Positions 27,583 through 37,859 are shown, counted from the stretch's first letter. The stretch is DNA of 64,000 nucleotides from Patescibacteria group bacterium (GCA_038061795.1 JBBTYL010000001.1:1801-65800); one strand, 5' to 3'. Program-made: numbers and translations. Notes: generated from the letters alone by a model not told the origin.

Positions 27583-29373
27583 TTATAGATCTTTTCTTCG
27601 ATTCTTTGCTCGGTCTGTGTCAGTGAGGAATTTCTTTCTCAACCGCACGTTCTTTGGAGTGATTTCGAGATATTCATCGCCTCGCATCGTTTCGAGTCCC
27701 TTCTCGACATCAAGTTTCCAAGCCGGAGTGAGCATGATGTGTTCGTCGTTTCCAGAAGACCGCATGTTTGACATAGCTTTTCCTTTGCATGGATTAACAT
27801 CCATATCATCACCCTTTGAAGTATCGCCGACAACCATACCTTCATAAACTTCTGTCGTAGGTTCGATAAAGATTCGTCCTCGCTCCTGAAGATTCCAAAG
27901 TGCGAATGCGAGCGCCTTTCCAGTCATCATGGAGGTCATAGAACCTGTCGAATGCTTCTCGATTTCTCCAGCATAAGGCTTGAAATCTAGGAATCGGCTG
28001 GCAAGAATACCATTACCTTTTGTATCGATGACGAAAGCGCCTCGATACCCAAGAAGTCCTCGTGTAGGGATTTCAAATACCATTCGAGTTACGCCTTCCT
28101 TTGATTTCATATCAAGCATGGAAGCCTTTCGCTTTCCGAGCTTTTCGATAATCGCTCCTGTAAATTCATCTGGAGTATCGATTGTGAGTTCTTCGAATGG
28201 TTCGCTTTTCACGCCATCGATTTCTTTGACGATAACCTGAGGCTGTGACACCTGAAGTTCGTATCCTTCTCGTCTCATATTTTCCAAAAGTACGGCGATG
28301 TGAAGTTCTCCTCGTCCATAGACTCGGTAGAATTCATTCGAACCAAAATCAACCTTGAGTCCGACGTTGATTTCCAATTCCTTTTCAAGCCGTTCACGAA
28401 TCTGTCGTCCAGTGACGAATTTTCCTTCCTTTCCTGCGAACGGTGAGCTGTTAACGAAAAAGTTAAGGGAAATAGTAGGCTCGTCGATCTTGATGGCTGG
28501 CATGGCAGGCGTGTCTGCATTGTCGGTAAGGGTTTCTCCAATGTAGATATCAGGAAAACCAGCGATTGTGACAATGTCACCAGCTGTTGCTTCCTGGATT
28601 TCTACTCGCTTCTTTCCTTCAAAAGTGAAAAGCTTCGTAACTTTTCCAGAATTTACAGTGCCATCAATTTTCTTTTCAAAAACTGTTTGGCCCATCTTGA
28701 TTGTTCCATCATAAATACGTCCGATAGCGAGTCGTCCTAGGAAGTTATCATAACCAAGGTTGAATGTCTGAACCGTAAGAGGTCCTGATGCACTGTGATC
28801 CTTGTTTGCTGGTGGAACATGCTCGAGAATCATGTCAAGAAGGGGTGTGAGATCCTTCCGTTCATCATCGAGTTTTTTCATCGCTACGCCCTGTCGGCCG
28901 ATGGCGTAGATAGTAGGGAAATCGAGTTGTGCGTCATTCGCTCCAAGCTCCATGAAGAGTTCAAGAACCATTTCGTGGCAGTGATCGGGGTTTGCGGCCG
29001 GCTTATCGATCTTGTTGATGATGACGATAGGCTTGAGTCCGAGCTCGAGAGATTTCTTGAGTACGAATCGCGTTTGTGGCATAGGTCCTTCCTGTGCATC
29101 TACAACAAGAAGCACTGTATCAATAGATCGAAGTACTCGCTCTACCTCTGAACCGAAGTCGGCGTGACCTGGAGTGTCGACGATGTTGATCTTCGTACCT
29201 TTGTATTCAATAGAAGTATTTTTCGCGTAAATAGTAATGCCGCGCTCCTGTTCAAGGGCATTCGAGTCCATGGTTCCGTCGTCGCCATGTCCGCACTGGG
29301 TCATGATGGCGTCGGTCAGCGTGGTCTTTCCGTGGTCCACGTGGGCAATAATCGCGATGTTTCGTATATCCAT
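27583..29373 (-). CDS. typA: Translational GTPase TypA/BipA
   Basis: IRNIAIIAHVDHGKTTL, DTPGHADF and NKID motifs. I prefer the start at MDIRNIA (29373), with a TTGACT-N18-TTTAAT promoter upstream. Confidence 0.93.
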   Translation of the reverse strand: MDIRNIAIIAHVDHGKTTLTDAIMTQCGHGDDGTMDSNALEQERGITIYAKNTSIEYKGTKINIVDTPGHADFGSEVERVLRSIDTVLLVVDAQEGPMPQTRFVLKKSLELGLKPIVIINKIDKPAANPDHCHEMVLELFMELGANDAQLDFPTIYAIGRQGVAMKKLDDERKDLTPLLDMILEHVPPANKDHSASGPLTVQTFNLGYDNFLGRLAIGRIYDGTIKMGQTVFEKKIDGTVNSGKVTKLFTFEGKKRVEIQEATAGDIVTIAGFPDIYIGETLTDNADTPAMPAIKIDEPTISLNFFVNSSPFAGKEGKFVTGRQIRERLEKELEINVGLKVDFGSNEFYRVYGRGELHIAVLLENMRREGYELQVSQPQVIVKEIDGVKSEPFEELTIDTPDEFTGAIIEKLGKRKASMLDMKSKEGVTRMVFEIPTRGLLGYRGAFVIDTKGNGILASRFLDFKPYAGEIEKHSTGSMTSMMTGKALAFALWNLQERGRIFIEPTTEVYEGMVVGDTSKGDDMDVNPCKGKAMSNMRSSGNDEHIMLTPAWKLDVEKGLETMRGDEYLEITPKNVRLRKKFLTDTDRAKNRRKDL

Positions 29374-29515
29374 AAGTAAATTAAGGTTTAAAGTCGAGTA
29401 GCCATTAAAGCACAAAAATGCAGGAAAAGTCAAACTACAGGGCTATTTTGCCAAAAGAAGAGGCCGCCCGAAACGCTGGGCGGCCTTGAAATGGCGTAAA
29501 AATTTTGAGATTGCG

Positions 29516-29671
29516 TTAACGGTCCGACAAAACAAGTGGTGATGCGGACTGAGCAACGCGGTTTCCGGAAAGACGTGCGCCAGGCTTCACAAGCTTGCTG
29601 GTTATGACGACCGGAGTGAGTTTGAGTTTATGAATCTGGAGTTTGACCGGGGGTTTGCTTTCTCGTGCCAT
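29516..29671 (-). CDS. Possible small protein (51 aa)
   Basis: ATG..TAA ORF (MARESKPPVKLQIHKL...) below the ORF-track cutoff. It is followed on the minus strand by the AGGCCGCCC/GGGCGGCCT terminator (29461-29486). No RBS seen. Confidence 0.3.
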   Translation of the reverse strand: MARESKPPVKLQIHKLKLTPVVITSKLVKPGARLSGNRVAQSASPLVLSDR

Positions 29672-29851
29672 AGTATTTTTTTGTTACTATCTTTCAGAAA
29701 AGCTGCCGTTTTCCATTCCATAGAAAACAATTGAAGAGCAGCCAATGGAGAACGATACTACACAAAATCTATTCTGGCAAGTCGTGCCTGTGCAAAAGAA
29801 AAAGCGGTCTCCATAATGGCAGACCGCGATTCAATGAAACTGATGGCCAAT

Positions 29852-30598
29852 TTAGAATGCCGTTTGACGTAATCCCTTGAGATGCGTCCAAAATCCGACT
29901 GATTCCGGCGTTACGAGATCCGAAGTCTTCTGTCTTGGGGCGGATTTTGGCCAACCCAGCGGATAATGTAGCTCGAGCGCATGTCCGACGACAAGATTGG
30001 CAACTGTCTCAAGCTCTTGATTTGCATCAATAAAGACAGGCTTGACGCCAGCTGTTTCCAAGGCTTCAAGCACGAAGGGTCGGTGCCATTTGTACAGGGC
30101 CATGGCTTTCTTGAAATTGGCATTACTGACGTCGTTGCGATGCTTGCGTGTTTTGTTTTCCAACGAATGCAAGTAGCGCTGCCAACAGGTTTCATCGTCT
30201 GCTTCAAGAATAAGGCAGCGGGTGTTCAGTGGGTTCAAGAATCCCCACTTGATCAAACTCTCGATCTGCATACCTGTCCGGCCAAAGCCGTCCCACTCAA
30301 AGAGTGAGCAACCGGTAGATCTGCCTGCTTCGTAACAGGCGCGGGCCATCGGAGTGACGACAGGATCTGGTAGCAGATCCCTGTTACTCAACATCAGGCC
30401 AAACTCCTTTGCAAATTCGAGGTCATCCTCCAATCGTGACCTCACCAGGTCTCCGATTATGATCTGATGCACGTGGTGCCCAAAGCGGGCCTTCAGCATT
30501 TTTCCTGATAAGCCTTTTCCGACATACACAGGTCCGAGCTTGAACACGTGACATTCATCCGCCGGCGTTTCCGACGTTCCGTTTGAGCTTTTTGCCAT
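29852..30598 (-). CDS. Divergent adenylate-kinase-family protein
   Basis: GPVYVGKG (P-loop-like), IIIGDLVR (cf. ISTGDLLR) and WDGFGRT (cf. LDGFPRT). I prefer the start at MAKSSNG (30598). Confidence 0.55.
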   Translation of the reverse strand: MAKSSNGTSETPADECHVFKLGPVYVGKGLSGKMLKARFGHHVHQIIIGDLVRSRLEDDLEFAKEFGLMLSNRDLLPDPVVTPMARACYEAGRSTGCSLFEWDGFGRTGMQIESLIKWGFLNPLNTRCLILEADDETCWQRYLHSLENKTRKHRNDVSNANFKKAMALYKWHRPFVLEALETAGVKPVFIDANQELETVANLVVGHALELHYPLGWPKSAPRQKTSDLVTPESVGFWTHLKGLRQTAF

Positions 30599-30837
30599 AC
30601 GTTTTGATTTGGTTCTTTTCAGTTTTTGGTTTGAGAGCAAATTCCTGCCATGACTATTTGGGGTTTCAATCAGGCAGCCAAACGACAATATACAACATAA
30701 AAGATGATAAATCAAGAATAGCTTTAAATAAGGACGGATTTGGATATTTTTTGCATATTTATGCGGTTTTGCTTAATTTCATCAAAAATTTATAACTCCT
30801 TAATCTCTCCTTCATCACGCTTTGCTATTCTTTTTTC

Positions 30838-31968
30838 ATGTCAGAAAAAACATATGAAATCAAAGACAGCGATCGCATGTTGCATGACATCAGATCAATC
30901 GTTGAGCTTGTGGACTCACTCATAATCCACGGCTATCACCGTGGGGCATCCGATATTCATATCGATCCGGCGCAAGAGGGAATCATCATAAGATTCAGGA
31001 TTGACGGAATGCTCGTCTATGCCGACACCTTGTCCAGCGATTCTCATGAAGAGCTGGTTGCGCGCATCAAGGTCCTTTCTGGCTTGCGTACGGATATACA
31101 TTTCGTGCCTCAAGACGGCAGATTCCGTTTCGCCCAAGGCATCTGTGATTGTGATGTACGCGTATCTATCATCCCAACTCACCATGGAGAAAATGCCGTA
31201 ATGCGACTGCTAAGAAACGACAGCGATGTGCCAACGCTTGGCAAGCTAGGTTTTTCTGATCACGATGTCGAAAAGATCGTAAATTGCCTGTCGTATCATC
31301 AAGGAATGATCTTGGTTACCGGCCCGACAGGCTCAGGAAAGACCTCCACGCTTTATACTCTCATTTCGGCTCTATCTTCAGAAAAGAACTCGATCATCAC
31401 ACTAGAAGACCCTATCGAATATGCAATGCCTGGAATCAGGCAAATACAGATTCATTCAAGGCACGGAATCACTTTCGCTAACGGCTTAAGATCCATAGTG
31501 CGGCAAGACCCTGACATTATCATGGTCGGAGAAATTCGTGATACAGAGACGGCTCAGATTGCGACTAATATTTCGCTCACAGGACATCTTCTCCTGTCAA
31601 CGCTTCATACGAATTCGGCTCTCGGAGCGATTCCTCGGCTCATAGATATGGGAGTCGATCCATATCTGGTCGCTTCGACGCTCTCACTAGTCATCGCCCA
31701 ACGGCTTGTGAGGAAGCTTTGTCAGCAGTGTAAGGGGGCTGGTTGCGGAGCGTGCGGAACTCTTGGATTCAAAGGTCGGATAGTAATCGCCGAAACCCTT
31801 ATCGTCGATGATGAATTGAGAAAGTACATCATGTCTCGCACCACCCCTGCTGAAATTGGCCGATATGTCCGCAGCAAGGGCATGAGGAGCATGTATGAGG
31901 ACGGCATGGAAAAGGTCGAAAAGGGAATCACAACGCAGGAAGAAATAACAAGGATAGTTCATGAATAG
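30838..31968 (+). CDS. pilB: Type IV pilus/T2SS assembly ATPase (PilB/GspE family, short form)
   Basis: Walker A GPTGSGKTST, Asp/His boxes and the tetracysteine CQQC...CGAC. Confidence 0.9.
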   Translation: MSEKTYEIKDSDRMLHDIRSIVELVDSLIIHGYHRGASDIHIDPAQEGIIIRFRIDGMLVYADTLSSDSHEELVARIKVLSGLRTDIHFVPQDGRFRFAQGICDCDVRVSIIPTHHGENAVMRLLRNDSDVPTLGKLGFSDHDVEKIVNCLSYHQGMILVTGPTGSGKTSTLYTLISALSSEKNSIITLEDPIEYAMPGIRQIQIHSRHGITFANGLRSIVRQDPDIIMVGEIRDTETAQIATNISLTGHLLLSTLHTNSALGAIPRLIDMGVDPYLVASTLSLVIAQRLVRKLCQQCKGAGCGACGTLGFKGRIVIAETLIVDDELRKYIMSRTTPAEIGRYVRSKGMRSMYEDGMEKVEKGITTQEEITRIVHE

Positions 31969-33037
31969 AAAGAACAGAAATATGAAAATCAGATCATTAA
32001 GCTTGTCTAATCAGATGCATTTCGCGCAAAGGCTTTCCTTGCTTCTGAAATCAGGAATCTCGATAGCCGAGGCGCTGTCCATGATAAGTGGCATGGAGAG
32101 TCATGCATCTAGAAAATTGATCTACGATATTTTTCTTGAAAGCATCCAGCAGGGAATATCATTGAGCAGGAGCATTAGGAATTCAAGAATCAGGTTTGAT
32201 GCCCTGCTAGTCAATCTAATCCAGAATGGGGAATCTTCAGGAAACCTTTCAGAAGCGCTGCTTCAGGCGTATTCATATCTTGAAAAAAAGAATGAAATGA
32301 GGAAAAAGCTCACAACATCTCTCTTCTACCCATCCTTTATCATTTTTGCCACTATAGCCATGACTATTTTCCTGATTCTATATATATTCCCCAAAATAAT
32401 TCCGCTATTAAGCAGTCTCGACATAAAGTTGCCGCTGATTACTCGTGTCGTACAAGGCATTTACCATTTCTCAATGTCCTACGGGCTATATTCATTGGTT
32501 TGCGCTTTGATTCTGATAACTGCATTCAAAATTCTTATGAATATAAACGCATATGCGAGAGGCCGGTTCCACGCAGTCATTATTTCTTTGCCCTTCCTGC
32601 ATTCCTATATAAAGGCATATCTGATGTGCTCGGTCTGTGGCATGGGAGAAATGCTTTTGTCGTCTGGAAAGGGCGTGCCAGATTTCCTGCTTTTTTCCAA
32701 GGAATCGATAAGGAATACTGTTTATAAGAAAGCGTTTAGCGAGATGCATAGCGAATCGGTCCAAGGGGTTTCTTTATCTGTTTCGCTGAAAAGACGCAGC
32801 AATCTTTTTCCAATCCTCTTGTCCGAAATGTCAGTGCTTGGAGAAAAGACTGGAAACCTAGCATCTATGCTCGGGCACTGCTCGAGAATGTTCGAGCAGG
32901 ATACTGACGAGGCGCTTAAAAGGTTTTCTTCCCTCATCGAACCTTCCCTTATGGTGCTAATGGGGCTCATCGTAGGTTCGGTTGCTCTTTCGATAATTCT
33001 GCCTGTCTATGAAATTACAAATCATCTTGGAAAATAA
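31961..33037 (+). CDS. pilC: Type IV pilus platform protein (PilC/GspF family)
   Basis: Two GspF-type repeats and TM helices. Overlaps pilB by 8 nt. Confidence 0.88.
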   Translation: MNRKNRNMKIRSLSLSNQMHFAQRLSLLLKSGISIAEALSMISGMESHASRKLIYDIFLESIQQGISLSRSIRNSRIRFDALLVNLIQNGESSGNLSEALLQAYSYLEKKNEMRKKLTTSLFYPSFIIFATIAMTIFLILYIFPKIIPLLSSLDIKLPLITRVVQGIYHFSMSYGLYSLVCALILITAFKILMNINAYARGRFHAVIISLPFLHSYIKAYLMCSVCGMGEMLLSSGKGVPDFLLFSKESIRNTVYKKAFSEMHSESVQGVSLSVSLKRRSNLFPILLSEMSVLGEKTGNLASMLGHCSRMFEQDTDEALKRFSSLIEPSLMVLMGLIVGSVALSIILPVYEITNHLGK

Positions 33038-34316
33038 AGGATTCCTTACCATAGAAATCATGCTGGCATTTTCGATCATGATTCTTTTTGTCATCTCATC
33101 TTTTACTCTGGAATCTTCGATCCAGGAATTGAGGGGATGGTCGCTTGAAGAGCTTGAAAAACTCAAGACTGCGGTTCAAGATGCCGATAGGCTTATCAAG
33201 AATGATTTTAATGGTTTTTCAGGATCTGGATACTTTGGAAACGAAACAAGATTTTTTCTTATTTACCCCTTCTCTCTGGTGCACTCTGATTTCAAGGAGG
33301 CTTGGGGAAGAAGCAGCTGCTACCCGCGACTAGAATTTGATGAAGATAGGGCCAGCTATTTTTCTGACGGAGTCGACATCGGAACGGGCAATGCTAGCAC
33401 GGATATCGAAGCTAGAAATGGTGTGGCGTATCTGACTGCCGATTCGACATCCTCTACTGCGATGGATTTCTTCATCGTAAACGCAAATGATGCCTCAAGT
33501 TTAAGGATCATGTCATCCTTGAATACCGGTCCCGGAATAAACGCCATTGAGATTGCGGGACCTTATGCATTTGCTGCGCAGGCCAGCTCGGTCAGCCAGC
33601 TGCAAATCATAGATATGCATGACAGGACAGCCCCTCAGCTCATCTCACAGCTGAGGCTTCCTCTGCCAACTCCGACGACCACAGCCCCCTTTGCAGTATC
33701 AGTTTTTTATTCAAAGGGGTTTATATATCTCGGTACGGCGAAGTGGAGCGGTCCAGAACTCGCTGTCATTGATGTTTCGAATATCAATAATCCGTCAGTT
33801 GTAGGAACATTCGAGACGAATACGGTCATCAACGATATTTATGTCCGCGGCGATAAGGCATATCTTGCAACGGCAGATGAGCAACAGATGATGATTCTTG
33901 ATGTGAGCGATAAATCCAACCCATTACTTGAGGACTCCTTTTCTTCTTCTGGCTGGCAGACTCAAACAGGGAAGACGCTAGAGTATTTTGAAGGAATCTT
34001 GGGTTTTGGCAGGACGGTTGGCGGCTTCAATGTAACCGCCAATCATGAAGTTTTCACCTTTAGTTCGACGACGCAGAGCTACGCATCAAAAGACATCCCC
34101 GGCGGAGTGTATGGATTGCTTGTGCGTTCCCAACACGTATTCCTGCTGACCCATTTTCCCGATCATGAATTCCAAGTCTGGGATCCTGTTTTTTCCAAGC
34201 TCATCTTCGATATGCCACTCGATGCAGATCCAGCAAGGATGTCCTGTGCCGGATCGATATTATATTTCGCAACCGGCGATAGCAGAGGAATCTCATTATT
34301 AAAACTTTATGAATAA
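33009..34316 (+). CDS. Prepilin-like protein with a C-terminal LVIVD-repeat beta-propeller
   Basis: Class III signal ENKG|FLTIEIML. Repeated segments such as ELAVIDVSNINNPSVVG and MMILDVSDKSNPLLED match the LVIVD repeat pattern. Confidence 0.7.
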   Translation: MKLQIILENKGFLTIEIMLAFSIMILFVISSFTLESSIQELRGWSLEELEKLKTAVQDADRLIKNDFNGFSGSGYFGNETRFFLIYPFSLVHSDFKEAWGRSSCYPRLEFDEDRASYFSDGVDIGTGNASTDIEARNGVAYLTADSTSSTAMDFFIVNANDASSLRIMSSLNTGPGINAIEIAGPYAFAAQASSVSQLQIIDMHDRTAPQLISQLRLPLPTPTTTAPFAVSVFYSKGFIYLGTAKWSGPELAVIDVSNINNPSVVGTFETNTVINDIYVRGDKAYLATADEQQMMILDVSDKSNPLLEDSFSSSGWQTQTGKTLEYFEGILGFGRTVGGFNVTANHEVFTFSSTTQSYASKDIPGGVYGLLVRSQHVFLLTHFPDHEFQVWDPVFSKLIFDMPLDADPARMSCAGSILYFATGDSRGISLLKLYE

Positions 34317-34479
34317 AGGATTCACTCTGCTGGAGACAATAATATATGTAAGCTTGCTATCCATTCTCATGATGGGCGTTTTTTCATCGATCATCACGCC
34401 TGCATACGACAGCATGAAGCGAACAGCCGTCACGCCAGAAAATTATCAGCATCTAATCGAAAATTATCATGAAGAATAA
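34309..34479 (+). CDS. Small prepilin-type protein (56 aa)
   Basis: MNKG|FTLLETIIYVSLLSIL is a canonical prepilin N-terminus. Below the ORF-track cutoff. Overlaps both neighbouring genes. Confidence 0.65.
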   Translation: MNKGFTLLETIIYVSLLSILMMGVFSSIITPAYDSMKRTAVTPENYQHLIENYHEE

Positions 34480-34858
34480 ATGCAGGACACAGGAAGGCTT
34501 TGTCGCGCTAACGCTCGTGATTATGGCGGCGAGCCTTACTCTGGCTTTTTCATTCATGCAATCGGTCGAAATTGGACATTTTTTCGATATGACGCTTCGC
34601 AAAGAATACAGGCTCATGAATCATTTCAATGCATATAACTGCATTGACCAGGCCATCCTCGCGAACGCCCATGATTATTTTTATGAAGTCGCCGAACCGC
34701 AGGAGATTCCTGACCTTCATTGCGTCATTGATTCGGTGAGAGAAGAGAATGGATTCAAATTGATTGATGCGCATGGGAATTTTAAGAATGGAAACGTAAA
34801 AATGTCAGCAATCATAAGGTTATATGACAATGGGGTTGAAATTATTTCAATCGACTGA
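34469..34858 (+). CDS. Minor pseudopilin-like protein lacking Glu5
   Basis: QEG|FVALTLVIMAASL hydrophobic N-terminus in the pilus operon. Confidence 0.55.
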   Translation: MKNKCRTQEGFVALTLVIMAASLTLAFSFMQSVEIGHFFDMTLRKEYRLMNHFNAYNCIDQAILANAHDYFYEVAEPQEIPDLHCVIDSVREENGFKLIDAHGNFKNGNVKMSAIIRLYDNGVEIISID

Positions 34859-34953
34859 TGTATTGATAAATTTATGGAAGCTTTAGAAAAGCTTCATCAG
34901 CATTTCATCGCATCCATATAGACTTATGTCATTATCAGTTTAATCATTTCAAC

Positions 34954-35466
34954 ATGATATATAAACAAAAAGACGTTCGTAGCATTAAAAAGCCGATTAA
35001 GAATCCGAAGGGTCAGAAAGGGTTTACACTTATAGAAATCCTTGTTGTAATAGGAATAATAGCGGTGCTCGCGGCAGTCGTTCTGGTGGCGATAAATCCA
35101 GCACGACAATTCAAGCTTGCACGTGACTCGCAAAGGATGAGTAATGTGACTGCATTGCTCAATGCTGTGAGTCAGAATATCGCAGAACATAAGGGCATAT
35201 TCGATTGTTCAGTAGCATTGCCGACAACAATAAAGGTCATATCAAATATGCCAGCTCTAGCGCCGAATGCCATTGCGAACATTGGTCCTTGCCTAGTGCC
35301 GGCCTATATCTCAGCTCTCCCATTTGATCCAAGCGTTCATGGCGCCCAATATACTGAAATCAATACTGACTATCATACGGCGTATAGCATAATTCAAGAT
35401 GCTGAAGGAAGGGTGACTGTAAGCGCGGTCGGCGAAATTACCCCCATCATTTCAGTGACGAGATGA
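34954..35466 (+). CDS. Type IV pilin (probable major pilin)
   Basis: KG|FTLIEILVVIGIIAVLAAV canonical prepilin motif with a long leader peptide. Confidence 0.88.
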   Translation: MIYKQKDVRSIKKPIKNPKGQKGFTLIEILVVIGIIAVLAAVVLVAINPARQFKLARDSQRMSNVTALLNAVSQNIAEHKGIFDCSVALPTTIKVISNMPALAPNAIANIGPCLVPAYISALPFDPSVHGAQYTEINTDYHTAYSIIQDAEGRVTVSAVGEITPIISVTR

Positions 35467-35493
35467 GCGGACATGTATTATACTTAGAGGATA

Positions 35494-36477
35494 ATGCATG
35501 AAAATAAATACCTTCTGATTTCCTGTTGCGCAATGATACTCTTTGCGATTGCCGTTCGTCATGAAAAAATAAGAGAATCGATTCAGACCCATGGCAATGG
35601 GTCTGTTGCGCAGACGCAGAAAAAAACTTCGGAGATTGACGAGGATATTTTGCTGGTGGATCAGCCAGCGATTGCCTCCATAGCTTCTATTTCACCGATG
35701 CCATCGGCATCCGTCGATCAAAACGAGCATAAGCCATATATATCAGCTGAGTCTTACTTTGTCGGCAATCTTGAGACAGGGGAAGCATATTTTGATTTCA
35801 ACAGTTCCTCGGTCTTTCCTATCGCTTCAGTCAGCAAGCTTTACACGGCTCTTGTCGTCCAGCATCTTATGGATCCTGACAAGGAAATAACGATTACCCA
35901 GCCGATGCTTGATGCATACGGAGATGCTGGCCATCTTATCCTCGGGGAGAAATTTATTTCGGAGGAGCTACTATACCCGCTTTTGCTCGAATCAAGCAAC
36001 GATGCGGCTGAAGCATACGCGCGATCTTTCGGTTACCAGGACTTCATGGAAGAGATGAATGCCTTTGCAAAGGAAATCGGGCTTGATAAGACCTCTTTCG
36101 CTGATGCTTCCGGATTAAGCCCGCACAATGTTTCGAATGCCAGAGACCTTTTTGCTCTTGCCAGATATTTATACAAGCAGGAGAAGGATCTTCTTAATAT
36201 ATCAAGGACCAATGAATTCGATCTTGCAACGACGTCAGAGCATCAAGGGCATCATTTTGCCAACATCAATCCATACTCATCGTATTCAAGTTTCATCGGG
36301 GGAAAAACAGGAAGGACAGATGAGGCCAAGGAAAGCATGATTTCTCTATTTAGGCAAGAGGTCTCTGGTACGACATATTCGATCGTCATCATTCTTCTTC
36401 GTTCAGAATTCGGACAAAGGGAAACTGACACGGAAAAGCTTCTTGGAATGTTTGTCGAAAAGATGGAAAAAAAGTAG
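35494..36477 (+). CDS. Serine-type D-Ala-D-Ala carboxypeptidase (S11, PBP5-like)
   Basis: SVSK (SxxK), SSND (SxN) and GKTG (KTG) motifs. Confidence 0.88.
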   Translation: MHENKYLLISCCAMILFAIAVRHEKIRESIQTHGNGSVAQTQKKTSEIDEDILLVDQPAIASIASISPMPSASVDQNEHKPYISAESYFVGNLETGEAYFDFNSSSVFPIASVSKLYTALVVQHLMDPDKEITITQPMLDAYGDAGHLILGEKFISEELLYPLLLESSNDAAEAYARSFGYQDFMEEMNAFAKEIGLDKTSFADASGLSPHNVSNARDLFALARYLYKQEKDLLNISRTNEFDLATTSEHQGHHFANINPYSSYSSFIGGKTGRTDEAKESMISLFRQEVSGTTYSIVIILLRSEFGQRETDTEKLLGMFVEKMEKK

Positions 36478-36522
36478 CAGAGATCGTCTTGGGCGTGTAA
36501 TATTAAGCATGACCATACGTCT

Positions 36523-37026
36523 ATGCCAATGAAAGACAAAAAACACGCGTTTCTTGAGATATATGATGCTTATGCCGATGCGATTTTCAGGCATTGCTTA
36601 TTCAAGGTGAGCGACAGGGAGTTGGCTAAGGACATGACCCAACAAGCATTTATGCAGTTCTGGACATACATGAAAGACGGCAGGGATATAGAGAAACCGA
36701 AAGCCTTGCTTTACCGTATTGCAGGCAATCTTGCGATAGACTGGTATAGGAAGAAAAAGGCCGAATCTCTTGAGGGTCTCATGGACTCTGGATTCGATCC
36801 CTCTGATGTTCGCGGCGAAGACATAGAACAGACTGCCGAATTTAAAAACGTCCTCAAGTTTTTGCCGCTAATCTCTCAAGAAGATCAGAACCTGATTATT
36901 TGGAGATTTGTCGAAGATCTGTCTCCGAAGGAAATAGGCGAGATCCTCGAAGAGAGAGAAAATACGGTTTCCGTGAGGATACATCGAGCGCTAGAACGCC
37001 TAAAGAATTTAATGAAGACAACATGA
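36523..37026 (+). CDS. ECF-type sigma factor
   Basis: Region 2 (FRHCLFKV...AKDMTQQAFMQFW) and a region 4 HTH (LSPKEIGEILEERENTVSVRIHRALERLK). Confidence 0.88.
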   Translation: MPMKDKKHAFLEIYDAYADAIFRHCLFKVSDRELAKDMTQQAFMQFWTYMKDGRDIEKPKALLYRIAGNLAIDWYRKKKAESLEGLMDSGFDPSDVRGEDIEQTAEFKNVLKFLPLISQEDQNLIIWRFVEDLSPKEIGEILEERENTVSVRIHRALERLKNLMKTT

Positions 37027-37859
37027 AGAAAGACATAACTACAATTTTGAGTTCAATGAAAAACGTCAGGCTCAGCGCTGATGAAAAATCATCAATGAAA
37101 GAACGGCTTATTGCAGATATAAAACCGGCTCCATCAGCATCTTTCTCGGTATGGCACTCAATCATCTGGTCGCACCAGATGAAAGTCGGATATGCAGTTA
37201 TTCTCGCGGCCGTCTCGCTTGGAATACCGGCTGTTTTTGCTTCCGAATACGCCTTGCCTGGAGATTTGCTGTATTCCGTAAAGACCGGGGTTGTTGAAAA
37301 AGTCGAGAGGGCTTTCATCAGTTCAGCTCCGCTTGCTCAGGCAAAATACGAAACAAAACTCGTGGAGAGGCGTTTCCAAGAGGCCGAAAAACTTTCTGAT
37401 TCAAAAAGCGATTTTAAGGAAGAGGCGAAGACTAATGTGAAAAAAGAAATCGAAAAGCAGACCGAAAAGGCTGAAAAAGCCGTAGCCAAAGTACGAGTTG
37501 CAAAGGTCAAGCCGCCTCAAGCCAAGGACAATATTGAAGCAGAAAAGCAGAACGTTAGTTCACTCCAGATGACAGCGGCGGAGGATGACTCTGACAAAGA
37601 TAAGAATGATGAAGCAAGAAAGCAAGAAAAAGACGTACGGATTATGAAGTCAGCAGAAAAGTGGTCTGAAAACGAAGACCAGAATAGGCGAACGAAATCT
37701 GACGATTCTGATCGCAAGAAATATATCTCGAAATCATCAGAGAATGATTCAGATGAAGACGAAGACGAAATTAATCTAGAAAAAGTATTTGAGAAGCATG
37801 AGAATATCGTCAAAAAGCTTGACATAAGAAGAACTAATCGTCTCGAAGACCGTGATTGA
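37023..37859 (+). CDS. Putative anti-sigma / DUF5667-like membrane protein with a K/E/D-rich tail
   Basis: ATGA overlap with the sigma gene stop, one TM helix (VGYAVILAAVSLGIPAVFA) and an extracytoplasmic LPGDLLYSVK pattern. The ORF-track start at 36900 lies inside the sigma gene. Confidence 0.65.
   Translation: MKKDITTILSSMKNVRLSADEKSSMKERLIADIKPAPSASFSVWHSIIWSHQMKVGYAVILAAVSLGIPAVFASEYALPGDLLYSVKTGVVEKVERAFISSAPLAQAKYETKLVERRFQEAEKLSDSKSDFKEEAKTNVKKEIEKQTEKAEKAVAKVRVAKVKPPQAKDNIEAEKQNVSSLQMTAAEDDSDKDKNDEARKQEKDVRIMKSAEKWSENEDQNRRTKSDDSDRKKYISKSSENDSDEDEDEINLEKVFEKHENIVKKLDIRRTNRLEDRD

Noticed and set aside
36900-37022. The N-terminal extension of the anti-sigma ORF (the 36900 start).
   Set aside because: It lies inside the ECF sigma gene in another frame. 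An ATGA stop/start overlap at 37023-37026 gives the standard coupled arrangement.
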